A program made the translations under genes and the position numbers. A DNA stretch of 64,000 nt from Octopus vulgaris (lineage: Eukaryota), in contig OX597819.1 in assembly GCA_951406725.2 (NCBI GenBank), forward strand, positions 69,874,001 through 69,938,000, given 5' to 3'. Positions 1 through 12,880 of the stretch are shown here, piece after piece. Positions within the stretch are counted from its first letter, which is position 1. Each line of letters starts with the position of its first letter. The notes beneath the pieces were generated by a model, which saw only the letters and a list, made by a program, of their open reading frames with translations, did no database searches and was not told where the DNA came from.

Positions 1-40
1 CGCAGTCAAATGACTGAAACAAGTAAAAGAATAAAATAAT
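1..40 (+). mobile_element. 3' tail of SINE family A (window edge)
   Basis: cgcagtcaaatgactgaaacaagtaaaagaataaaa matches the tails at 40145-40185, 43985-44020 and 63330-63365. Confidence 0.75.
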
Positions 41-310
41 TGAAGAATATATATATAAGAAATAAATATTAATATATTTATACAAATATACATATGTATA
101 TATATAATTATATGTATAAACATACATATATATGTACATATATGTATATATAAATGCGGCAACATTCGTCAATTTCTTGAAAATGGGGTCATAACCCCGA
201 AATATTGAATGCAAAGTAAGTCTACATTAATTCACTTACTTGTTTCCTTGTGATTGACTTTGCATTTACTTCGCATTGTTTTGGCCTTACACACAATCTT
301 TTATACAATA

Positions 311-516
311 TATGCGGCCATACTGGGTTGCCCTCTTCAAACTGTTTTGTCGAGTAAATAGATGGTAGTCTTTTTTTAAGCCTAATGTTTTATCTGTCAT
401 TCACTATTATTCAAACCACTTGATAATGAGTATGTAAACAAACCAAAACCGGTTTTCCTGTGGAGCGGGGACGAAAAAATCACACGCATGCATATAAAAT
501 ACATACATATATGTAA

Positions 517-564
<48 letters not shown>

Positions 565-587
565 ATATATATATATATATGTATATG

Positions 588-634
<47 letters not shown>

Positions 635-637
635 ATA

Positions 638-683
<46 letters not shown>

Positions 684-770
684 ACAGATTTTTACACTGT
701 TTCTGTCTACCGAATTCACTCATGAAGCAATGGTCAGCGCGGGGCTATACTAAATGTTAATTTCACAAAG
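311..770 (-). mobile_element. Degenerate SINE family A with expanded internal (TA/TG)n
   Basis: 3' module (gcggccatactgg...gtaaacaaacc) at 311-480, microsatellite at 481-680, 5' module remnant (gtttctgtctaccgaattcactca...ggctata) at 690-755. Confidence 0.6.
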
Positions 771-1372
771 TACCACGAAAAGTTATTCAATCTGGGACAA
801 ATACGTTGCGATGTAATTCTCTTAAACTCACAAGAAACTCCAAATACGACGTCAAATATAAGTTTTAAAGATATTTAAGTGAAAGGAAATCGTAATTCTA
901 ATTTAAGAGAAATGGTACTCGTATTTGTTTATTTACCAACGAAAAGTCACAGCTACTATGATGGAAATTGAACCTATAACTCGTCAAGGCAATTCTTTTG
1001 GCGTTTCACAGCTTCTGCCCACGCGCCCACCTTGGGTAATGCTAAATGTAATAAACTTCCAGTAACGGTTTCCATGGGAAACCGAAATATTAATGCAGAA
1101 AGTAAAACGCAAACAGGAAAGAGAAAATAAAAACGAACAGGTTTACTTAAAATAGAACAAATATAGGAAACAAAATACAAAAATAGGAAACTAAGCAATT
1201 TAACGCATTCTCCCCAAAAAACAGAAACTTGATAGAAGATGGGTGTGGGTGTGGGTGTGGGTGTAAATATATGTTCGGATGTGCATGTGTGTGTGTATAT
1301 ATATATGTGTGTGTGTATGTATGTATATACATATATATATATATACATGTATATACATACATTTGTATGCAT

Positions 1373-1414
<42 letters not shown>

Positions 1415-1556
1415 GAATGGAGGTAAGTCTATATAGATATAGATTTATGAATATATGCATATACGTGGATGGAAGCGTGTATGTATACTTATATATATAT
1501 ATATATACGCATGTATATATATATATACATACATACATACATACATACATACATGC

Positions 1557-1651
<95 letters not shown>

Positions 1652-1652
1652 T
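1557..1652. repeat. (GATA)n microsatellite, representative of many tracts (also 2833-2930, 21437-21530, 22198-22470, 37326-37413, 62113-62198)
   Basis: Direct inspection. Confidence 0.95.
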
Positions 1653-1884
1653 TTCCATGACCTAAATCTATTTTAATGAGTTGTTTCCGACTTTAACAAG
1701 CTGACCTCTGAAGCCTACCTTTGCTTACTTGATAAATAATTACATAGCAACCTGAAAATCTCTTCCGATTATATGTGTGCTTGTGTTGTAGATTCATATG
1801 CGCATGCGTATATTTTAAAAAAATTAGATACCACCATTGCGTAAAGTAAAAAATTACTAACACACACACATGCACACATAAATG

Positions 1885-1934
<50 letters not shown>

Positions 1935-1984
1935 GATATATATGAGCATACGTATATATATGTATATATACATATACACATATG

Positions 1985-2015
<31 letters not shown>

Positions 2016-2266
2016 ATTTATATTCAATGCATAAATATATGTGTATATATGCATATTATATCTATCTATCTCTCTATTTATATTATATATGTTTATCTAT
2101 ATATGCATATATATATATACATGCATACATACATACATACATACATATGCTGGTACAGATACATATATATATTTGAGAAACATACACACGATATTTGTAT
2201 CATATTTACGAAATAAATATATATAGATGCAAAAGTATGGGGAGAAGCATAATATCGATGAATAAA

Positions 2267-2314
<48 letters not shown>

Positions 2315-2332
2315 TATATATATGTGTGTGTG

Positions 2333-2384
<52 letters not shown>

Positions 2385-2429
2385 TCATATATATACATAT
2401 ATTTATCAGTGCACGTAGTATTGCATTTA

Positions 2430-2535
<106 letters not shown>

Positions 2536-2851
2536 CTGTGTGTGTGCATACATGCATGTATGTATACATGCACGTAAGTATGCGAGCGTTCCGTGCGCAT
2601 ACTTGTGTGTGTGTATTTGTGTATGTGTGTGTGTGCGCTCGCACGTTTGCCTGCGTGTGTTTCTGCGTGTGTGTGTGTGTTTTCAAGTGTTATGACACGA
2701 TAGGAGTAGAAGGGAAGAAAGAGTCTGAAATCCCTTCCGATGAAATTACCTATGCGGTTATATTTTTCTAAATCCTCATGTGTACAATTACAATTCCGCC
2801 ATGTTGGATATCTGATAGATAGACAGATAAGTAGATAGATACCTAGCTAGC

Positions 2852-2931
<80 letters not shown>

Positions 2932-2962
2932 CTTACATACCTATCACACATATAACAGGTAG

Positions 2963-3010
<48 letters not shown>

Positions 3011-3033
3011 ATATATGTGATATATTATATGTG

Positions 3034-3082
<49 letters not shown>

Positions 3083-3518
3083 ATCAGTTCTGTTGTTATA
3101 TGCTAAATGAAGAATAAAATAGAAAGATCACTGCCATTTTTTTTCTCCCGTTATATTCTTACTACAAATTTCTGCACGTTAAAATTACGAAAAAATTATA
3201 ATCTCCATAACTTGGAATCACTTCCTGGAGTCCTTTTTAACTTTTTTTCTATTTTTTCCTTATTTTTTTTCTTTTCCTCTTTTCTTTGGGTTTTAGTAAC
3301 AAATCATATTTTAATATATTTATGCGGATTTTGATATTCACCGGCGATATAGAAAAAACCACTAGCAGAATACTTTCGTTGATATAATTGACTAACCCCA
3401 TCTCATAAATTTTCTGGCCTTCACCAGAATTTAAAACCATTATTGTAATCATTATTATTATTATCATTATTTTTTTTAATGATTATTATTATTGTTATTA
3501 TTATTATTATTATTATCA

Positions 3519-3601
<83 letters not shown>

Positions 3602-3603
<2 letters not shown>

Positions 3604-4152
3604 GCAGCGAGCTGGCAGAAACTTTAGCACCCTAGGCGAAATGCGTAGCCGTATTTCGTCTGCCGTTACGTTCTGAGTTCAAATTCCGCCGAGGTCGACT
3701 TTGCCTTTCATCCTTTCGGCGTCGATTAAATAAGTACCAGTTACGCACTGGGGTCGATGGAATCGACTTAATCCGTTTGTCTGTCCTTGTTTGTCCTCTC
3801 TGTGTTTAGCCCCTTATGGGTAGTAAAGAAATAGGTATTTCGTCTGCCGCTACGTTCTGAGTTCAAATTCCGCCGAGGTCGACTTTGCCTTTCATCCTTT
3901 CGGGGTCGATTAAATAAGTACAAGTTACGCACTGGGGTCGATATAATAGACTTAATCCGTTTGTCTGTCCTTGTTTGTCCTATCTGTGTGTAACCCCTTG
4001 TGGGTAGTAAAGAAATAGGTATTTCGAGGCCGACTTTGCCTTTCATCCTTTCCAGGTCGATAAATTAAGTACCAGTGAAACACTTGGGTCGGTGTAATCG
4101 ATTTAATCCCTTCCCCCAAATTTCAGGCCTTGTGCCTACAGTAGAAAGGATT
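3602..4152 (+). mobile_element. SINE family B, multimeric form with a 184-bp internal tandem unit
   Basis: Head ggcagcgagctggcagaa (A-box-like) and gagttcaaatt (B-box-like); core gtcgactttgcctttcatcctttcggggtcgat; gtatttcg recurs at 3651, 3835 and 4019; tail ccttgtgcctacagtagaaaggattattatt. Confidence 0.85.
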
Positions 4153-4162
4153 ATTATTATTA

Positions 4163-4362
4163 TTTAATTGTCTTTGCACAGCTTCTAACGCTGGAGATGT
4201 ACTACGGTGCCGGCTGTTCACTACCAATGAACTAAGATAGCACTCTCTATTTTTCGAGCACCATCCGGAGTATTCGAGCAGTTCCAAGCAGTATCGTTTC
4301 CTGCAAGTGCTCCACCCTTATTGCAGCCCCTATTTGTTCCATGTACTTCTCAAGATATTTCG
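4163..4362 (-). mobile_element. 3' end of an R4/Dong-clade non-LTR retrotransposon
   Basis: Minus strand translates to LEKYMEQIGAAIRVEHLQETILLGTARILRMVLEK*, typical of the R4/Dong C-terminus; a short 3' UTR runs into (TAA)n. Confidence 0.75.
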
Positions 4363-5550
4363 ATTTCTTTACCTGGGATGAAATATTGAGTCTATCCTCT
4401 CAGGCTACTGAGTTTGACCAAGATTTTTGTTTTTCTACTCCTAGAGAGCAGGAAACCTTCTGGTCAGAGAAATGTTACCATAATCTCAACTGGGAAGACA
4501 AGTTTACCCCTCAGGTCCACTTGAATCACACAGTCTGAGGTTTAGTGCAAAACAGAAAACTAGTTCTCTTCCAATTCTTTTACTTTAGGAGCTTTGCCAC
4601 CCCTTTTCAGGAATTTAATACCCATTTGTAATACTGCCTGGTGTTTATTAGCATTCCTCCTTTACAGAGGACAATAACTTTCTGCAAGAAACTTGTCATG
4701 TCCCCACAACTATCGGCCGTCTCCTAATGTGCTAGGGGATCCGGTGAAAATCTACAATAATTCGTTATGATTAGTGAAATTCTTTTATTTTGGATGTAGG
4801 TTCGATAGACTATTGTCACATTGTGGATCAACTTTTATTCTATACGCATTCAAAATTCTCTGTAAATGGTGACCAGCCAACTGTGACCCGTAAATCGATT
4901 GAATACACACCATTTTAGATATTTTTCTTTTTTTTTCGCTCTTGCTTTTCCCCTCTGAACAGAAATAGGTTATGTCAAATTCAAAACCCATCCTCGAACA
5001 AAAGATTTTAAATACATCCATCGTCTGAGAGGCCTATTTAACAGTCAATCAAATTGTCCGTCATTTCACGGCAAGCCAATAACTACCAGTTGTATATCTG
5101 ACGGAAGTTTGTCGATAATGCAGTTAAATGGATTTTGAAAGCTTTTTAATGTGTTCGTATTTCATTGAGATTTGGAAAACGTTGTAGAAACTGTAGCTTT
5201 AGACTAATAAGGTTTTGAGTGAATTCAGAAAGAAAAATTGAGAATTTACTTTTTGGTTGTATTTTGGGGAAATTGGAGTTATTTATCTGTCATTCGATGT
5301 GAGCTTGAAAAGAAAATGGTGGGTAATTTATGTTAAAAGGCTTTCAGTACAGTGTATGTGTGTGTTTGTCTGTACATGTATGTGTTTATGTGTGTGTCTC
5401 TCTCTCATTCTCTCCCTCCCTCTCTCCCTCTCTCTGTAAGCAAGTAAAACAAGGAGAGGTAAAAGGCAAGAAGACGTTACAGTTGTTTCATAATATACTC
5501 AGCATTACATCCTCAAATCCCATGTAGGGATATATACACATACACCCTCC

Positions 5551-5594
<44 letters not shown>

Positions 5595-6220
5595 TTATAA
5601 TCACATGATGGTGAATAGAAGAGAGAATACAAGTATGGATTTTTCGCCGTAAACATTTTTGCTGAGTAAGATTCACTGTAAAATAAATATAAATTGTAGG
5701 ATAAAAAAAGATCAGCTGTTTTCTTAAAATGGCAATTTCATTAACTAACCTACTAATTAGAGAAAGGTAATTTCTTTAAATGTGTTATCTAGTTGACAGT
5801 CTGCTTGAGTGCCTGCTTCACAGCGAAATTTTCCCCCCGTAAATTTTACTTACGGCGAATTTCCAGGAGACGGTAAAAAATATTTAATGTGAAACAGACC
5901 TAAAGTCAAAACTGCAACAACTATAACTTTTGAGGAAGAATTGGATGCTATTTCTAGGAAATTAAGACACCTCGTTGACTTAATCTTCGACTTTCTGTCT
6001 GTATATTTCCTCATATACGAAAAGCGATAACTATGTGCTCTTCATTTATTTAAGACTATGACAGGACACATACCAGTCATATTTGCGGGTACGTTTCAAT
6101 TACTGAAATCCTCCGGTAATAAACACGTCACCGACTTCCAGTGTAATGCGAAATTATATAAGGAGTTGATTCCTCTTGTTATATTTCTATATTTCATATA
6201 TATATATGTGTGTTATATAC

Positions 6221-6269
<49 letters not shown>

Positions 6270-6274
6270 GTATG

Positions 6275-6355
6275 TAGTAATCCCTCGCTATATCGTGGTT
6301 CACCTATCGCGGGGGTTTTTCGAACGTAATACCCGCAATAGTCGAAGGATTATTG
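6275..6355. mobile_element. Tiny pogo/Tigger-like MITE
   Basis: Imperfect TIRs tagtaatccctcgctatatcg ... cgcaatagtcgaaggattattg in a TA-rich context. Confidence 0.55.
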
Positions 6356-6371
6356 TATATATATATATATA

Positions 6372-7172
6372 CTAGCATCATAGCCCGGCGTTGCCCGGGT
6401 ATGTAAGAGCCCCTAGTAGTCAACGACTAATCCCAATCTAGTCCTTTCCCTCTAGGGAACGAAGGCGCATGTGTAGGTTGCAATGTCTTCTCTTCACTAC
6501 CAAATAACTATCAAACAGCTATCGATAATTCAACCCAACCAATTCCTACCAGGAAGAAATTACATTTGAGACTTTATACCCAACACCGCCACTTCTGCTA
6601 ATAGCTGCTGCAGCCGCAAGTTACTCGAATACTTTTTTTGTTTACACTTTCTTTATAACTACCACCCCAAACGTTTTACCTTAAATTTTTGACGTACCCT
6701 AAGGGTCCTCGGACGCTACTTGCAAACTCTTGGTTTATTATAAACCGCTTTTGTCGTGTGCACCAAAAAAACCTTTTCCATTCGTTTGTTCAGTTTGGTC
6801 ACTTTTGACTTTTTCGTTGTTGTCACTCACATTGCTGCCCGCTTTTTTGCCGTTTTTGTACATTTTTATACATTTTGGGATACTTACCACACGTGTTCCG
6901 AGAGTTAAAAAGGTCGAGTTGCGTCCCCTAGACAGTCTGTAGAAAATGTGTTGCATATAAAAGGCTTAGATTCTCGACCCATGTCGAATTTATCTATTGT
7001 TTTCAGAACTGGGGGGACTTTTCAAAATTTTCGCTGCGTTAGTTTTGAATTATGACATTAGGCTATGTGTGTGTCAAGTTTCATCAGAATCGGTTGAAAG
7101 CCGTGGTCAGGGTAAGGGTACAACCTGACAGACACACAGACACACAGACAGACAAACTGCCGTTTATATATA
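6372..7172 (-). mobile_element. Non-autonomous Helitron-like element
   Basis: Minus-strand 3' end is a GC hairpin (cccgggcaacgccggg, 6384-6399) about 10 nt before CTAG (6372-6375); 5' end reads tatataaacggcagtttgtctgtctg with (GTCT)n; inserted in (TA)n without TSD. Confidence 0.7.
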
Positions 7173-7187
7173 TATATATATATATAA

Positions 7188-7237
<50 letters not shown>

Positions 7238-7551
7238 TATGTATGTATATATATACATGCATACATCGTGCATGCGTACCTACATACACATGCAATCAGA
7301 AATCCATGCAAAGGTACAAACGTACGCGCTTTCATAAACATGTATTGCAACCATTTTCTTACTAATTCTTACCCAAAAAGATACAAAATTACTCACCAAT
7401 CTTATCTCTACTGACTCTCTCTCTCTCTCTCTCCCTTTTCTTTCCCTCTTTCTTTCCTTTTCTCTCTTTTTCTTTCTCTCCCCATATATGTATGTATGTA
7501 AATGGAAAATTTTTTAACTTGCCGTCCATTTCTTCTCATTCTGTTACTATT

Positions 7552-7613
<62 letters not shown>

Positions 7614-7673
7614 TCCTCTTTCATTTATCATTCTAAATCAATGAACAGATCGGTACAGTGTTCAACGCGCGTG

Positions 7674-7708
<35 letters not shown>

Positions 7709-7783
7709 TGTGTGTACGTCTGTGTCTGTGTATGTGTGTGTGTATGTGTGTGTGTGTACGTCTGTGTCTGTGTGTGTGTGTGT

Positions 7784-7843
<60 letters not shown>

Positions 7844-7917
7844 AAACTTCGAGCATTCAGATTAGCTACACTATATATTTCCGTTTCGACAATTTACATA
7901 TAAAGAGATTATATTCC

Positions 7918-7966
<49 letters not shown>

Positions 7967-8205
7967 GCATATATATATATACATATACATATACGTATAT
8001 ATATATATATATACATGTATATATATATATGTATATATAAACATATAAATATGTACATAAATGTATATATATGCACATGTATATATATATGAATATATAT
8101 ATATGTATATATGTATATATGTAATGAATGTATGTATGTATACATAGAAAAATAACACACACTGACGCACAGACATTTAAATGCATATGGGAATAATTTA
8201 TATAA

Positions 8206-8262
<57 letters not shown>

Positions 8263-8417
8263 TACATATACATAGAAACATACATACGTACATACAAACA
8301 TACATGCAAGCATGCATATATGCATAAATACATACGCACATGGATACATGGATGGTTGGATGTATATCGATATATTAAAATATACATATATTTGCAAAGT
8401 TCTATATATTATACATG

Positions 8418-8467
<50 letters not shown>

Positions 8468-8617
8468 TGTGTGTGTGTGTGTATGTATGTATGTATGCAT
8501 GTATATATATATGCATATATATATACATATATATTTATGTATATAAACTTATGTGTGTATGTATATATATGTATATATATATATATGTATGCATATACAT
8601 ATATATATTTACTTATA

Positions 8618-8676
<59 letters not shown>

Positions 8677-9121
8677 GTATGTATATAATGATATACACAC
8701 TCACACATGCAAACATTATTATTTAGAGAGAGCGTAAAAAAAACATATATGTACATGCACGCATACATGAAAATACAGAAAAATACACATTTCTACCTAA
8801 ATATTCTTTCTACAATTCCATATTTCTTTTTTATTCGCCCCCCCCTCCTTTTCACATCATTATTTTTATTTCTACATTATTGACACGATGAATAATGTTT
8901 TTGTTAGATAATTATATTTCTTTCCCTCTCACAATCTTTTATTATCGCCTAAAAATAACGTTTTCAATTGCTAGTTACGATATTTTCGTTTTCCTTTCTT
9001 TTTTTCAAATTCATTTACGTTTTTGCGGCAACTTATTTTCGTCATTATATAAACTTGTGTGCGTCGTACATTTACTCTGTACCTTTATGAGATTGTTTAC
9101 GAGGAGAGAAGTGTGTATGTA

Positions 9122-9170
<49 letters not shown>

Positions 9171-9423
9171 TCGATGGATGCTCGCGTGCCTATCTGATTA
9201 TGGTTGATGTGTCTGTGTAAGGTTTCCACATACGCATTTGTTGTGTTTACGTGGGTGAGTGGGTGAACTGTATGTGAATATATGGTTTTATTATAGGTAC
9301 AGATATGTATAAGCGCATATATATATTCATATATGTATATGTATGCGTATATATATATATATATACCTATGTGTACATTTATACATTTATATATATATAT
9401 ACATATATATATACGTATATGTG

Positions 9424-9455
<32 letters not shown>

Positions 9456-10023
9456 AACATGTATATGAATATATGCGTATGTAAATGCATGTGTATGGTA
9501 ATTACCTACAGTATACATTTCAGTTAATTACCACGCATACACACGTGGTGTGTTTGTGTATTTGTATTACTTGTATACGTGTGCGTTCGATTTGAGTGCC
9601 ATAAATTAGAAAGTATTGATAGAGACCATCTCTGTTGTCTGTAATGTCTTCCTTAATTGTGAATATATCACAATATAATTAAGTCTATAACAGCTAAGGT
9701 TTTATGCATGTATTCCAATCAATATACTAATGACTTCATACCACTGCAGCTCCTGACCCCGCTGTGTGGTCAAAATGTTAACTTTACAAATACGTGGCTG
9801 TGAGTTCGAACCTGCTAGGTGCTACTGTGGAAGGATTATTTTGCTAGCGTTTTGCTGAATTTTTACCTGTTAATTATATCTACAGTGAAGCAGACTGTGT
9901 CAAGTAGTTAAAAAGATCGCTTTGCAGTCATGAGATTGTGTTGGATTCTAATGTATGACCTTCCCGTTGTTTTAGCGTTTTTCTTTTGCTCAGAGAAATA
10001 TAATACATACATATATATGCCTA

Positions 10024-10385
10024 AGAGGCGCAATGGCCCAGTGGTTAGGGCAGCGTACTCACGGTCGCAGGATCGCGATTTCGAACACTTGTTGAGAGTG
10101 TTTATTGAGCGAACCCACAGAGAGCTCCACGAGCCTCCGGCAAGGGATGGTGGTGAACCCTGCGGTACTCTTTCACCACAGCTTTCTCTTATTCTTTCTT
10201 CCTGTTTCTGTTGTATCTGTATTTCAAAGGGCCAGTCTTGTCACACTCTCTGTCACGAGAACTACATTGAGTGTACACATATCTGTGGTGTTCTCAGCCA
10301 CTTGTACGTTAATTTCACGAGCAGGCTGTTCTATTGATCGGATCAACTGTAACCCTCGTCGTCATAACCGACGGAGTGCCACATT
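10024..10385 (+). mobile_element. SINE family C (tRNA-derived head), tail type 1
   Basis: ggcgcaatggcccagtggttagggcagcg...ggatcgcgatttcga with A/B boxes; same head as 49855-50132 but a different 3' half ending gtcataaccgacggagtgccac. Confidence 0.8.
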
Positions 10386-10394
10386 TATATATAT

Positions 10395-11792
10395 AACGAA
10401 TAGTCGGAAGGAAACTAATCACCTTCCTTGAAGAAAATGACTTGCTGCCTGACACCCAACATGGTTTCCGACCAGGAAGAAGCTGCTTAACTCAGTTCCT
10501 ACAACACTATGACTGGGTGCTGAAACGACTGCTCAACCACTCAAATGTGGAAGTGATATATCTCGACTTAGCAAAGGCCTTTGATAAAATCGATCATGGA
10601 ATGATATGTCACAAACTGCGTGATCTTGGCATAGTTGGAAAATTGGGAGAATGGCTTCATGCCTTTCTGAAGGATAGAAGTCAAGTGGTAGTAGCCAATG
10701 GGGCGGGCCACTTCCATTAACACGCAAATAGTGAGCGGTGTTCCGCAGGGCACTGTTTTGGGACCACTACTGTTCATAATGGCCCTCTCAGACATGCCCT
10801 CAGCCACGCAGAGAGCCACGATCACAAGTTATGCAGATGGTACAAAAGTTTCACAGGCAATACAGAACCCTGAAGACACTAAGCACCTGTAATGTGAGCT
10901 GGACAAAATATACAAGCGGGCTGAAAAGAATAGCATGCAGTTCAATGCTGAAAAGTTTCAAGCTTTATGCTATCAGCATGCAAAACTAAATGCAATACCC
11001 AATGAATACACTGGACCTGGAGGGATTGCAATCCCAGAGGCACAATCAGTGCGAGACCTGGGTATTTACATGAGTGATTATGCAACCTTTCATGTACATG
11101 TTGCTAAATTGGCAATGAAATGTAGGCGACTGACCGGATGGATTCTTAGAACCTTTAGAACAAGAGACCAGGAATCCACTTTGACTATTACTCTCAGCTA
11201 TGGTCACCATCCAGTGTCAAGTTAATCATAGAACTTGAGGCGATCCAACGAAGCTACACGAAGAAGATAGCCTCTGTGCAGCATATAAGCTACTGGGAAA
11301 GACTCAAGAGATTAAGACTCTATTCCTTAGAGCGTAGGCGAGAAAGATATGCTATAATATACATCTGGAAGATCCTAGAAGGACTTGTCCCAAACTTTGG
11401 CATCGAGAGTTACACAAATGCCAGAACTGGGCGACACTGCATAGTGCCAAGGACTCCAAATTTGCCATCAAGATGTAGGACGAGATACTGTGATAGCCTG
11501 GGCTTCCGAGGCCCACAGCTCTTCAATATCCTCCCGAAGAACCCAAGAGACCTGCATGGGGTGGATGCAGATGTCTTTAAAATAAAACTGGATGTCTTCT
11601 TGTCAGGTGTCCCAGATGAACCAACTTCACGGCAGGAGATGCAGATGAGGGCAGCTGCATCGAACTCTCTCATGCACCAAATGGCAGTTGCTAAAAAGCA
11701 TTCATGAAGTAAAAGCATGTAGCAACACCAAATGGCGGTGCCCCAGCATGGCCACAGCTTGTGAGCTGAAACTAGATAAAAATAAATAAATA

Positions 11793-11797
<5 letters not shown>
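10395..11797 (+). mobile_element. 5'-truncated CR1-group LINE with disrupted RT and intact 3' end
   Basis: QHGFRPGRSCLTQ, YLDLAKAFDKIDH, SGVPQGTVLGPLLF, YADG (mutated YADD), MQFNAEKF, VRDLGI, LRLYSLERRRERY; frameshifts and stops; stop at 11707, then 3' stem-loop and (AAAT)n. Confidence 0.92.
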
Positions 11798-11832
<35 letters not shown>

Positions 11833-11834
<2 letters not shown>

Positions 11835-12035
11835 TTTTACTATTTTTTCACTTGTTTCAGTCATCTGACTGCAGCTATGCTGGAGCACTACCTTTTGTCG
11901 AACAAATCGATTCCAGGACTTATTCTTTGTAAGCCTAGTACTTATTCTATCGGTCTCTTTTGTCGAACCGCTTAGATACAGAGATGTAAACACAACATCC
12001 GTTGTCAAGTGATGGTGGGTGGGACAAATACAGAT
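11833..12035 (-). mobile_element. SINE family A, 3' module
   Basis: cttgtttcagtcatctgactgcagctatgctggagcac...ttattctatcggtctcttttg is the reverse complement of the family A tail. Confidence 0.85.
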
Positions 12036-12072
12036 ACACGCGCAAATATACGCACACACACACACACATATA

Positions 12073-12125
<53 letters not shown>

Positions 12126-12233
12126 GTATATACATATATATATACATATACAGAATAAAATGTTTCAAATGGTACAACAATGCACTATAATACAAACAAT
12201 GGGCTATATACCTGCTGTTATTTAACCATCCAT

Positions 12234-12275
12234 AGTCTGATAATATTTCGGAATAAAATTCCTCCCTCAGATATC
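12234..12275 (-). ncRNA. Degenerate hammerhead-like motif in a Penelope-type terminal repeat
   Basis: Minus strand CTGAGGGA-GGAAT ttt ATTCC-GAAAT ATT ATC; perfect stem II, one extra base in the core, weak stem I. Confidence 0.4.
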
Positions 12276-12288
12276 CCTAGGAATTGAC

Positions 12289-12572
12289 GGAGTCGCTGCT
12301 CTAATCGGTTTTCTAACGGTTTTTCTTTTTCTTCCGAAAGCATCTCAGCAGTGGTCTCACGAAGCTCCTTCCGGAATTCCTCATGAGAAATGCATGAGGT
12401 CGGTCATGTCTCAATTTCATGTGTGCTAGCACATCCGTAGCGCTGTGATGGAGTCGCTGCTCTAATCGGTTTTCTAACGGCTTTTCTTTTTCTTCCGGAA
12501 GCGTCTCAGCAGGGGCCTCACGAAGCTCCTTCCGTAATTCCTCATGAGAAGTGCGTGAGGTCGGCCATGTCT
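12289..12572. repeat. Tandem duplication, period about 162 bp
   Basis: ggagtcgctgctctaatcggttttctaacgg...cctcatgagaa...catgtct occurs twice. Confidence 0.9.
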
Positions 12573-12656
12573 TAAACTCGTGACCAAATTGAAATGAAGA
12601 GGACAAGCAAGGAAAGCTTGGAAGAGCATCGTGACCAGTAACATATAGGACATTTA

Positions 12657-12880
12657 AGGCGGAGAGCTGGCTGAACCATTAGCACCCCGGAAAAAATGTT
12701 TGTGGCATTTCGTTCGTCTTTACATCCTGAGTTCAAATGCCGCCGAAGCTGAATTTGCCTTTCATCCTTTCTGGGTCGATAAAATAAGTACCAGCTGGAT
12801 ATTGGGGGTCGATGTATTCGACTTACCAACTCCCCCGGAGTTGCTGGTTTTGTGTCAAAATTTGAAACAAATATATAGGG
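12657..12880 (+). mobile_element. SINE family B
   Basis: ggcggagagctggc head, gagttcaaat box, gcctttcatcctttctgggtcgataaaataagtaccag core. Confidence 0.8.

Noticed and set aside
240-310. Segment matching the reverse complement of 40381-40445
   Set aside because: Real similarity, but best explained as two short fragments of a dispersed repeat rather than a 40-kb inverted structure
3651-4030. Regularly spaced repeats suggesting a CRISPR array
   Set aside because: The whole unit is repeated with no unique spacers, the context is eukaryotic and there are no cas genes
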